A stretch of DNA of 63,715 nt, the filler included, from Basidiobolus ranarum (Eukaryota): assembly GCA_040143965.1 (NCBI GenBank). It is 56 parts of 56 records of this genome, joined end to end, with 100 filler letters (N's around TTAATTAATTAA, not from the genome) between each part and the next. Parts side by side here need not be neighbours in the genome. Positions count along the whole stretch, not along the records: positions 52,485 to 53,518 come from JASJQH010006738.1; positions 53,619 to 54,652 come from JASJQH010006739.1; positions 54,753 to 55,786 come from JASJQH010006740.1; positions 55,887 to 56,919 come from JASJQH010006741.1; positions 57,020 to 58,052 come from JASJQH010006742.1; positions 58,153 to 59,185 come from JASJQH010006743.1; positions 59,286 to 60,318 come from JASJQH010006744.1; positions 60,419 to 61,451 come from JASJQH010006745.1; 48 more parts are not named here. The stretch is one strand, 5' to 3'. Under the pieces are notes generated by a model, which ran no database searches, had not been told where the DNA came from, and saw nothing but the letters and a program-made list of their open reading frames with translations. Positions 52,385 to 63,715 of the stretch are shown piece after piece; the first letter of the stretch is position 1, and every line of letters begins with the position of its first letter. The translations under genes and the position numbers were made by a program.

Positions 52385-55300
52385 NNNNNNNNNNNNNNNN
52401 NNNNNNNNNNNNNNNNNNNNNNNNNNNNTTAATTAATTAANNNNNNNNNNNNNNNNNNNNNNNNNNNNNNNNNNNNNNNNNNNNACTGCCTCTAGTAGTG
52501 TCTCTTGAGCTTTCTCTTCAAAGGTCTTGTAAGTAGTGGTGAAAATAAGGGGTGATCACAAGTAGTAATTGTTAGTTGAAAACCTGGATGATTTTTATTT
52601 GGAAAAATTTGGTTCCTAATTATGCTTTTCTTAAGGTAGATATGATTACTTAATGCAAATTTTCCGGAGAGTTCCAGAGAATTCTATTGGTTGGGATCTG
52701 GGGTTATGATATCATCAAAAATCATGAGATTTGTAATCCATGGAATGTTCTGGAAGGTTTTAGAAAAATCCAGAAAGTCATGGAATGTTTCAGCAAAATC
52801 AAGTTTTGATTGGTCAAAACTCAATCAATCAGCAAATATTCCAAGAATCTTGTGGAAAGTTCCGGAAGATTGTAGAATATTCCAGAAAATAATAGAGGTA
52901 GTGTGTTTTAATACTGATAAATCTGAAATAATAGGGGATAATACCAATAGTGTTATATGATTGGCTAGCAAATATGGGTTAGTCAAATAAGGATAATAAA
53001 ATATAAATTGTATAATAGTAATTATATGAGCTTGGAGTGGAAGTAAGTCAACCTGCCAGTGGGCAGCAATGCTACCCCACTACAATGGTGTTTTGGTTGA
53101 ACCTTGCTCAACTATTGATTTACTACATAATTTGGGGATTACAATTTCTTCACTTCCACTATTGCTGGAAAGGAACACATCTTGTAGATTGATTAGTACT
53201 TCATCATTACTTGTGTTAATTTGGGAATGTTAATGCCTTCCAAAGTGGATAGTGGAATGCTAGACTTCTCATTAATTAAGTCCTCTGTTCTTGCCGGTGT
53301 TTTTCCTCTTGTGCCAGCAGGCTTTGGCTTGGAAGCTGATTTCAACTTAGATTTTCAATGCTGTTTAAATGGCATTGAAATTTTCAGATGGCAAACTTGT
53401 TATAAGAAAATTGCTGAGAAACAGCTTTTAATAAACCAAAGTTGCCATCCATTACCGGAAATATCTTGTAAATCCCCTGATGACCCCTCTGTGACACCCT
53501 CTCAGAATCCGCTGATGANNNNNNNNNNNNNNNNNNNNNNNNNNNNNNNNNNNNNNNNNNNNTTAATTAATTAANNNNNNNNNNNNNNNNNNNNNNNNNN
53601 NNNNNNNNNNNNNNNNNNAAAAGGAAGGAAGGCAAGAAAAACTCAATGGATAATGGAATAAAAGCCAGGTTAGTAGGATTTAAGAAAGAGAATAATAAAG
53701 CAATAATCATATCAAAGATATAGCTGGTATTCTATGTGAGCTATTACAGGCTTTTCTGCTTCAAGTGTTTGCAAAGCCAAGCCAAATGCAATGGGCTCAT
53801 GTTAGATAGAATTCCAGTGGGTAGTGCACTTGAAGAAGGTCTGGCAAGCCACTTCTTCATCACTGCCTTTCTAATGATTTATATATAAAAGTAGCAATCT
53901 TGCTTTCAGCAATTCCACTTTAATTTGATATGCAAAGAATATATTTGTACCATTCACAGCATTGAAGAACTCAGATGTCAAAGTCCATTCATAGCAATTC
54001 TAGCCTTGGTAAAGCAGAATTCAGAGCAAGACACCAAACAGATGAGAAAGTACTACATAATCATAGGCTCATTCATTTGTTTGCAACAATTTGGAAGTAC
54101 TCTATAATATTTTTTTCAATGCAATAGGGCTGGTTAAGTGCTAATAGAAGTGAAAATAGTCACCAAACAATTAGAGAGTTTAGTATTAAGTTCATTTCCA
54201 CATTGGTCAAGCAGTAACATTTTGCTCATTTATCCATGACATCTATCCAAGTTGTTAATATAATTCAGGTATACATAAAACTTTATGAATCCCCACCAGC
54301 TTCACAAACAGTAGTCATGCTTTTCAAATCTCTTTGGTGCACTATGCATTCTGGTGCTGGTCATTTCAATGTAGGAATCATAGACAATAAACCATAGCAG
54401 CCACAAATCCACTGAGTAATCTAGCAAGAGTTAAGTTCAATATTGGAAAGTCAATGATTAGAAACAGGTTCATTATTCCTGTGAGAAATTCACAATTGCT
54501 GTATTGCCATGTAGTCAAGGATTGATTTTGCCAGTTAATGTCAAAGTTGGAGTGTGGACACTGTTGATAGTTAAAAAAGACAAGGACTGCCAGGATATCT
54601 GTTGGATAATTAATTGTTATTCCAGATCTTAGTTAACTTTAACAATGATGCANNNNNNNNNNNNNNNNNNNNNNNNNNNNNNNNNNNNNNNNNNNNTTAA
54701 TTAATTAANNNNNNNNNNNNNNNNNNNNNNNNNNNNNNNNNNNNNNNNNNNNGTTGGGTATAAGCTAAACCTTGGGTATGAAGAACTCTATAGAAATATT
54801 CAAGAGATTATATCAAAGAGACTAGGGATTTTGAAGGTGACAAATTAGTGGTCAAGTGATAATTGTGTAAAATTTGAGTTAAATTTTTCACACATGTGTT
54901 GACCCATAGTTCCTGAAGCTAAATAATTCCCATTTTGATCAGTGATGGTGCTTCCTGACTTATTGAAATTGAATTTTAGCCCTTCTGAGGTGGCCTTGCA
55001 TATAGATATTAAATTCTTGGCAATGTCTGGAACATGTAGTACATCCTTAAATGTATATACTTTCTCTTCAGATGATCTGGTTAATTTGACTTGAATTGTT
55101 CCCATTACAATAGCATCCAATATGCAGTCATCTCCCATGCATTTTCCAAATCAATTCAAACTTTGATCCCATCCTTTATGGCTCATTCACATTGAATTTT
55201 CCAGTGTATAGCTGAGTAAGTAGTATTTTAATATTTCTGAATAGTAAGTGCATGTGGCCTAATGGGAAGCTCTGGCTCCAGCTGATCCCCATTAATAATT

Positions 55301-55886
55301 TGATTTTAGGCTTACAGCTAATCCAAGTTTGATGTTAGACTGACTGTTTGGTGAGTTGATATTGGTGAGCATGTTGAAATCCAACCAGGCTCTTGATGGT
55401 AAAATCTTGATGTTTAGTGTTGTATTTAGATAGTGGTAATGTGTGTGCTGGTAGAGTGAGCTCCATTGATCTGACAGAATCTACAGCAAGATGGTGCATT
55501 ATGCCTGCCACAACCTTCAAGTTTATTAATGGTGGGATTTTCACCTATGCATACAATAATGTTAGCTTCAAAGAAATATTTACCCATCTGAGCCCCATTA
55601 GATAACAATTCAAATTCCACAATTACAGACTCAAAAGCTATCTATAACTATTGATAGTATAGATTGATACATGATGGATAGAATAAAATCTCATGACTCT
55701 AATGCCATTCAGAAGGAGGAACATATAGTTTGACTTAAGTCTTTTGCCAGCAAGCCTTTCCACCATATATGTGCTTAGTTAGAAACNNNNNNNNNNNNNN
55801 NNNNNNNNNNNNNNNNNNNNNNNNNNNNNNTTAATTAATTAANNNNNNNNNNNNNNNNNNNNNNNNNNNNNNNNNNNNNNNNNNNN

Positions 55887-56815
55887 TTTATTAAAGCTAA
55901 TATCATTGTATGTATTGGTGACACTCCTACCATCAGTAAACTTGGAGGTTTTTGTGTGCACAATGCACTATCTTGCTGTAGATTTTGTCAAATCAATGGA
56001 GTTTACTTTAACTGGTATATGCATTCCTATTATCCAAATAAAACACTAAACTTCATGATTTTACCATCAAGAGCCCAGTCAGATTTCAATATGATCACTG
56101 ATATCAATTCACCAAATAGTCAGTCTAACATCAACCTTGGTATTAGCCGTAAGCCTAAGATTATATTGCTAAAGGAGATCAGCTGGAGCCAGAGCTTCCC
56201 ATTAGGAACTATGCACTTACTATATAACAACATTCTGATACTGCTTACTCAGCTATACAGTAGAAAATTCAATATGAATGAGCCATTTGAGATAGGGTCA
56301 AAATCTGAATTGATTGGGAAAATGCTTGAAAACATCAAGATGCCATCATATTGTACCCAGACTCCAATCAATATTCACTCATCTAGGCATTTATTCAAAT
56401 GCAAAGACTGGAAGTAGTGGATTTATATATATTCAAGTGCAATTTTGAAAAGATTTCTGCCTGATAAGTATTGGCAACATTGGGAGTTGTTTGCTCATAT
56501 TGTTAATATATTCTTATGGCATCAACTCACATTGGCAGATCTCAGGCAGATACAGCAATTGTACAAAGATTTTGTAATTGGGCATGAAAAACTTTATTAC
56601 AGATTTGAAGAAGATAGACTCAATCTATGCTGGTATTCAATACATTCACCGCTGCATCTTTCACAATGCTTGGAGATTATAGGCCCTTGCTATACATTCT
56701 GGGAGTTCCCAATGGAGTGCACCTGCAGTGAAATGATGCTCCATGTGAAATCATCAGTATTACCATATGCTAATCTGGTTAACAATGTATCAGCAAAATC
56801 AGTGATGGATATAAT
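55887..56815 (+). pseudogene. CACTA-like transposase central/C-terminal fragment
   Basis: MHLLYNN, FKCKDWK, EKLYY and IHSPLHLSQCLEIIGPCYTFWEFPME. Confidence 0.82.
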
Positions 56816-57237
56816 GACTATTTTTATACATCCTTGTAGTGTGACACTACTGAGGGTGCTTTGTGGTGTTTGTGTGGCTTTTTGCTTGCCTTGACCTTTG
56901 GACTAATTTCAACAGTTTGNNNNNNNNNNNNNNNNNNNNNNNNNNNNNNNNNNNNNNNNNNNNTTAATTAATTAANNNNNNNNNNNNNNNNNNNNNNNNN
57001 NNNNNNNNNNNNNNNNNNNTTGATAAAAGCTTTCTACTCATGTTTTACAAATATTGACATACTACTAGCACTAAGCTCCATACATGTTTATTTATATACA
57101 AAACAACAAAATAGTCCTTAAAATAAACTTTCGGGCTATGTAACCTGCGCAGCACAAAGGTGCTACAAATTTAAAAAGTTGTATAAAATGCGATGTATTT
57201 GTAACTAAGGTATTTCATATAATATAAATAAAAGCAA

Positions 57238-58052
57238 CGCGCACTACAGAACCCTCTATAATTTCAAAAACCTACTAACTTTTGAGCTGCGTAGTACAGG
57301 AAATATGCCTTTATGCGTTGCCCCTGATTTTATCGGGGCTACGTTGGTGGTAGACTGTCAACGCGCACTACAAACGTGAGCCTCTTTCTAAAAACTTGTT
57401 TACTTCTGTAGTGCGTATAACTGTTACCACGTCATTATATTGTATCTCTGACTTTACAGGAGTCACAAAGACCGCTCATCCCTCGACGCGCACTACAAAC
57501 GTGAGTCTCTTTTTAAAAACATATTTACTTTTGGCATGCGTATAACTGATACCACGTCATTATTTTTTACCTTTGACTTTATAGGAGTTACAAAGACCGC
57601 TCATCCCTCAACGCGCACTACAAACGTGAGCCTCTTTTTAAAAACATATTTACTTTTTGTGTGCGTATAACTTAGACCACGTCATTATTTTTCCTCTATG
57701 AATTTATAGAAGTTAAGAAGACCGCTCATCCCTTGACACGCACTACAAACATGAGTCTCTTTTTAAAACATATTTACTTTTGGCATGTCCATAACTGATA
57801 CCATGTCATTATTTTTTACCTTTGACTTTAAAGGAGTTACAAAGACCACTCATCCCTCAATGCACACTACAAACGTGAGCCTCTTTTTAAAAACATATTT
57901 ACTTTTTGTGTGTGTATAACTTAGACCATGTTATGATATTTTTTACTTTTGAATTTAAAGGAGTTACAAAGACTTCTCATCCCTTGACACTCACTACAAA
58001 TGTGAGTCTCTTTTTAAAAACATACCAACTTTTTGCATGCATGTAACACATA
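57238..58052. repeat. Tandem array of ~125-bp units with alternating A/B variants (250-bp higher order)
   Basis: Units start at 57361, 57486, 57611, 57736, 57860 and 57987, plus a diverged unit at about 57238. Anchor is ACGCGCACTACAAACGTGAG. Confidence 0.92.
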
Positions 58053-58152
58053 NNNNNNNNNNNNNNNNNNNNNNNNNNNNNNNNNNNNNNNNNNNNTTAA
58101 TTAATTAANNNNNNNNNNNNNNNNNNNNNNNNNNNNNNNNNNNNNNNNNNNN

Positions 58153-59185
58153 GACTGAATCTATGCTGGTATTCAATACATTCCCTGCTGCATCTTTCAC
58201 AATGCTTAGAGATTATAGGCCCTTGCTATACATTCTGGGAGTTCCCAATGGAGCACACCTGTGCTAAAATAATGCTCCATGCAAAATTGTGTGTATTACT
58301 GTATGCTAATCTGATTAACAATGTATCAACAAAATCAGTGATGGATGTAATGCAACGGGTTAAGGAGACTCCAGACTATATTAACCTGCCAACATAGGGC
58401 TCTTTTTAATGTGCTTTTGGGTTTTTGAATTGTTTGCGCACAATAACCTCAACAAAGCCTAATCCAAGGACACAGAGTAAGTACCTTTATAATTGGACTA
58501 ATTTGCTTGTGTGATAATCTGATGGTACTTTTAGGAAAGTTGCAAGACAGACTTCTTGGTGAGATATATCAAGATATGCATTATTATTGTTTTAGCCATG
58601 GGGTAATCTATTCCAGCAATGACACATCTACTTGTGGCAGGACATTTGTTGACTGCAAGTTGGGGATATATTGGCTGAATTCCTGATGGAAATTTGCCAA
58701 AATGCAAGAGCGTATTCTCATTGTGAATGATAACAAGAGTCAGCTATTTGCCAAGTGTGAGTGCTATTCAAAATTTCAGATGTTTAGCAATTTCTCCACC
58801 ATTAGTTTCCTGGTAAAGCATATTGATGTAGCTGAGTTATTTCTAATTAGTCCAGTATGTGCATATGTTGAAACTAAACACATTGAGATTCATGTATTTT
58901 TTGATTCTCATTATGCTGGAATACAAAGCCTAAAATATCTAAATAAAGGCATGCATATTAAATCAATTTCCTACAGCAGTAAACCCAGTAATTTGCCATT
59001 CAAAAATTATATTTTTGCAAAAATTGCCAGATATTGAATAACACATGCCAATTTGAGGATCAATATTTTAACATGTATGAATACCATCAAAATACGGTCA
59101 AGAAACTGTTGTCCCATTATCAAAATCCCTGGCAGAATGCAAGCTACCAATATTGTGATGGTTCTCTGATGGTTTTGCTCTTTTT
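58153..59185 (+). pseudogene. CACTA-like transposase C-terminus and subterminal region
   Basis: IHSLLHLSQCLEIIGPCYTFWEFPME, continuing into sequence shared with 36569-36842. Confidence 0.78.
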
Positions 59186-59451
59186 NNNNNNNNNNNNNNN
59201 NNNNNNNNNNNNNNNNNNNNNNNNNNNNNTTAATTAATTAANNNNNNNNNNNNNNNNNNNNNNNNNNNNNNNNNNNNNNNNNNNNCTAACTAATATATGT
59301 CTTGGGAATAGCAGTGGGTTGCTATGTTACGGTAGAGAGTAGGTTTGCTAGGCAGCTAGGCTTGGTGTTCTGTAGGTGCTAGTGGATACTAGGCTTTATT
59401 AATAAAAATACTAGGGATAGAGATAAGAATAAACTATATGAACATTTAACA

Positions 59452-59958
59452 ATGATATGTTTATTAGATATAGGCAGTTCATCTCCATTTAGGTTCTGGG
59501 AAATATGGCAATTAAGAAAAACAGGCAATGAAAATATTAAACGAGTTCTTCAAATTATAATAGAGTCAAATAAATGTTATGAACTTCATAAATATATCTA
59601 TGAATATTATTTCTTTGGATCTGAACAACTAGATTTCATAGAATATGATAAAAAAGACAAGATTATAGATGATCTTTATAAATTATGTCTCAAATCTACT
59701 ATTGTATTTAAACAGAAATATTTTAAAGCAATGATAATATTACATTTTAATATATGCTCTAAAATAATGTTTTTCAAAAGAGATAATATAGTAAAAATAT
59801 CTACTGATAAAATAATTAACTTATCAAGATTATCAAATAATAAAAAAGTTATTTTAGAATCTTCTTACTTCTGGATGAATATAGATAATAATAAAGATTA
59901 TATAGTGAAAAATACAAAATATCTGTCTAAATTAATTACATCTTATAAAAAGTTATGA
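59452..59958 (+). CDS. AT-rich K/I/N/Y-rich ORF (168 aa), possibly the upstream part of the RNA polymerase subunit
   Basis: No introns visible; its stop overlaps the next ATG (ATGA at 59955-59958). Confidence 0.45.
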   Translation: MICLLDIGSSSPFRFWEIWQLRKTGNENIKRVLQIIIESNKCYELHKYIYEYYFFGSEQLDFIEYDKKDKIIDDLYKLCLKSTIVFKQKYFKAMIILHFNICSKIMFFKRDNIVKISTDKIINLSRLSNNKKVILESSYFWMNIDNNKDYIVKNTKYLSKLITSYKKL

Positions 59959-60254
59959 ACAATAGTATAGTTCCTGGAGATTCTGTAGGCATGATAGCTG
60001 CTCAGTCTATAGGTCAGCCTACTACCCAGATAGCTCTAAGTTCTTTTCATCAAGCAGGAACAAGTGCTGGAGAAATAGTTTATGGTTTACCAAGATTAGA
60101 AGAAATATTAAATTTAACAGTAAAAAATGTAAATTCTAGTTGTGACATATATACTAAAGAAACAATAGATTATAATAGCTTAGTGTATATGGAAATAAAA
60201 GGGTTAGGGGGGATGATAAGCACCAGAAGGTGTAATATTTATTTATCAATTTAA
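59955..60254 (+). CDS. Divergent multisubunit RNA polymerase largest subunit (RPB1/beta-prime) trigger-loop fragment, virus-like
   Basis: PGDSVGMIAAQSIGQPTTQIALSSFHQAG...YGLPRLEEILN aligns with the RPB1 motif [28 protein letters not shown]...GVPRLKEILN. Confidence 0.85.
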   Translation: MNNSIVPGDSVGMIAAQSIGQPTTQIALSSFHQAGTSAGEIVYGLPRLEEILNLTVKNVNSSCDIYTKETIDYNSLVYMEIKGLGGMISTRRCNIYLSI

Positions 60255-60418
60255 ACAAAGTCAATAAATAAATAAGCCAGGTTAGAATATAATATTCAAA
60301 CATAAAGTCAAGATGTTGNNNNNNNNNNNNNNNNNNNNNNNNNNNNNNNNNNNNNNNNNNNNTTAATTAATTAANNNNNNNNNNNNNNNNNNNNNNNNNN
60401 NNNNNNNNNNNNNNNNNN

Positions 60419-61240
<822 letters not shown>

Positions 61241-61551
61241 ATGCAGTAAGTCAAAGTGGTTCAAGAAGTGGAAAATACTGTTTGCGTTTATCATTGTACC
61301 GCTCGGTGGAAACAAATAGATTCAATTTTATTGTAGGTAGATAAAGAAATGATGTGAAAACCGAGATGGTTAGAGACGAAAGAATGCCGCTAAAAATAAG
61401 CTAGACTTCTATACACAATCTACAGAGTCAAAAAAAGACGTTGAATGGATTNNNNNNNNNNNNNNNNNNNNNNNNNNNNNNNNNNNNNNNNNNNNTTAAT
61501 TAATTAANNNNNNNNNNNNNNNNNNNNNNNNNNNNNNNNNNNNNNNNNNNN

Positions 61552-62583
61552 GTGCTTCATTTCTCATATCATATTGAGGGTATTCTTGTTGAACCTCACT
61601 GCCATAAGAGTATTGCTCCGTGGAATGTTGAATCTTTCCTCCAGACTGTGCTTCATCGCCCATATCATATTGAGGGTATTCTTGCTGAACCTCACCACCA
61701 TAAGAGTATTGCTCCATGGAATGTTGATTCTCACCTCCAGATTTTGCTTCATTACTCATATCATATTGAGGGTATTCTTGCTGAACCTCACCACCATAAG
61801 AGTATTGCTCCGTAGAATGTTGAATCTCTCCTCCAGATTGTGCTTCATTACTCATGTCGTATTGAGGATATTCTTGTTGAACCTCAGCACCATAAGAGTA
61901 TTGCTCCATGGAATGTTGATTCTCACCTCCAGATTGTGCTTCATTACTCATGTCGTATTGAGGATATTCTTGTTGAATCTCATCACCATAAGAACCTTGC
62001 ATAGAACTATCCTGCACAGAGTATTGCTCCGTAGGATGTTGACTTTCACCTCTAGTCTGTACTACATTATCCATATCATATTGAGGATATTCTTGTTGAA
62101 TCTCATCACCATAAGAGCCTTGTACAGAAGCATCCTGTACAGAGTGTCGCTCTGTAGGATGTTGAATCTCACCACCAGATTGTACTCCATTACTCATGTC
62201 ATATTGAGGATATTCTTGTTGGTCATAATAGCCCTGATTAGGATCGTACATCTGCTCACCTTGGTAATACTCTTGACCTGAATAATATGATTCTTGATTG
62301 GGTACAACTGCACCATCAATTTCTGAAGAGTATTGTTCTGATGGCTCCCGCGTGATTTCAGTTCCAGGTAGCACTGCCCCTTCGTGCCCATACTGCTCCG
62401 ATCCGTATTGACCATCATTATAATAGCCGTAATTACCATACTCATTTCCATAAGTGACCCCTTCGGTTTGCCAGGCACTATCTGCATTTGGAACAACGTT
62501 TTCGTCAGCAAATTCACCCACTTCGTCCTGAACGCTAGCAATTTGTTCAGTACTCTCGACACCACCATCATGTACATCACTAG
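61552..62583 (-). CDS. Acidic Tyr/Gln-rich protein with tandem QQEYPQYDM repeats (internal fragment, open across the whole contig)
   Basis: Seven QQEYPQYDM motifs: two 40-aa units then 32-aa (96-bp) units. No stop in frame. Confidence 0.75.
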
Positions 62584-62913
62584 NNNNNNNNNNNNNNNNN
62601 NNNNNNNNNNNNNNNNNNNNNNNNNNNTTAATTAATTAANNNNNNNNNNNNNNNNNNNNNNNNNNNNNNNNNNNNNNNNNNNNCAAAACAATCCAGGATC
62701 AGGAAAAACAGCCAAGAATTGATGAAATTCTTCTTTCTCTCACCAGATCCTGATCAGTGAGAAAAAAACTGAGAATTCCTCACTTGCAGTCTTCTCAACC
62801 AAGCCTGAGGCAATTTATTGCCCAAGTTAGTAGCAGAAGTTGTAGTGCCAACTTCCTGTCTTAAGAGATCCAATTGGATGAGGTCTCCACCTGACTACTA
62901 CTCTTACACTAGC

Positions 62914-63715
62914 CCCTTACAGAAATTTGAGGATTGTTATCGTAGGAAAACCATTGCCAATTTTAATCCATTTGGGATTGACTGTTTACTTACCGTCATA
63001 AAATTGTCAAGTTAGATTTGATTTTAATCAATTTTTTCAGTTTCAGGAGTGAAATTTCAAGATCTTACAAAATAGTTGCAATTGATTGGCTAAAATCTCA
63101 GAGAACTATGGATCAACACATGTGCAAAAAACGTAACTCAAATTTTACACAATTACCACTTGAATGCTAATTTGTCACCTTTAAATTCTCTAGTCTCTGT
63201 GATATATTCTCCGGAATATTTTTATAGAGTTCTTCATACCCAAGGTTTAGCTCATACCCAACACAAGTTTGTGTCAATATCTCCATCAAAGCCCACCATT
63301 GTATTAATGTTGCTGAATCAACATTCTTCCAGCTATCTGGCAGATACCCTGCAATATTGTGCCACTCTGTATTAAGTTCTTCCCAGATATCTGCACAGTC
63401 AACACCAGACTGAATGTCAAGTTGAATGTTCTTCTTTTGAAGCCACTTTCTGCATATTTGCATTGTGTTTTTCCCTTCATAATTTTGAAAATACTCCTCA
63501 AGCACTTTGACTATTTTTGTATGTCCTTGTAGTGTGACACTACAGAGGGTGCTTTGTAGTGTTTGTGTGGCTTTTTGCTTGCTTTTAACTTTGAGACTAA
63601 TTTCAACACTTCAAAAAGTACCAGTTGTGGTCGGAGAGCTGTGAGTTTTATTTGCTGGTTTTTTGGCTTGTTGAGAGGTGCCAGGTGTTGGATAAACTTC
63701 CAAATTTAGCACTCT
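62914..63715 (-). mobile_element. CACTA-like ORF2 3' half and terminus inserted in a copia fragment (62684-62913)
   Basis: CCCTTACAGAAAT-type terminus and LEEYFQNYEGKN ORF. Confidence 0.8.

Noticed and set aside
57361-58052. CRISPR-like array
   Set aside because: Whole units are homologous with no unique spacers, and no cas genes are seen.
61574-62281. 235-aa Leu/Ile/Arg-rich plus-strand ORF
   Set aside because: Antisense shadow of the repeat-coding minus-strand ORF.

Overview
This window is not a continuous locus. It is a concatenation of about 56 unplaced contigs of roughly 1.03-1.05 kb, in order of decreasing length, joined by artificial 100-nt spacers (N-run + TTAATTAATTAA + N-run). Adjacency between contigs therefore has no biological meaning. 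The DNA is eukaryotic and most likely from a repeat-rich fungus, judged from a DBP2 gene with GT-AG introns and a histone H3 gene; an early-diverging lineage is only my inference. Most contigs are nested, decayed transposon fragments: (1) a CACTA/EnSpm-like DNA transposon with CCCTAACA termini and two divergent ORFs; (2) at least three Ty1/copia LTR families, at least two with the half-tRNAiMet-type PBS GGTTATGAGCCC; (3) a chromodomain Ty3/gypsy family with Tf1-type self-priming signals; (4) a second gypsy-like family with a tRNA-Lys PBS; (5) an IS5/PIF-Harbinger-like element. The repeats show strong CpG->TpG/CpA decay that the host genes lack. Non-TE contigs are DBP2 with its long conserved intron, an H3 variant with MluI-box/CCAAT motifs upstream, a Tyr/Gln-rich repeat protein, a 125-bp dimeric tandem array with a CpG-decay gradient, and a very AT-rich, divergent multisubunit RNA polymerase largest-subunit fragment that looks viral (NCLDV-like). 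The best candidates for something new are that RNA polymerase fragment (possible endogenous giant-virus relic), an LTR carrying a tRNA-like Pol III cassette, and the self-priming chromovirus LTR hairpin whose loop is inverted between copies. No complete novel system can be demonstrated from 1-kb fragments.
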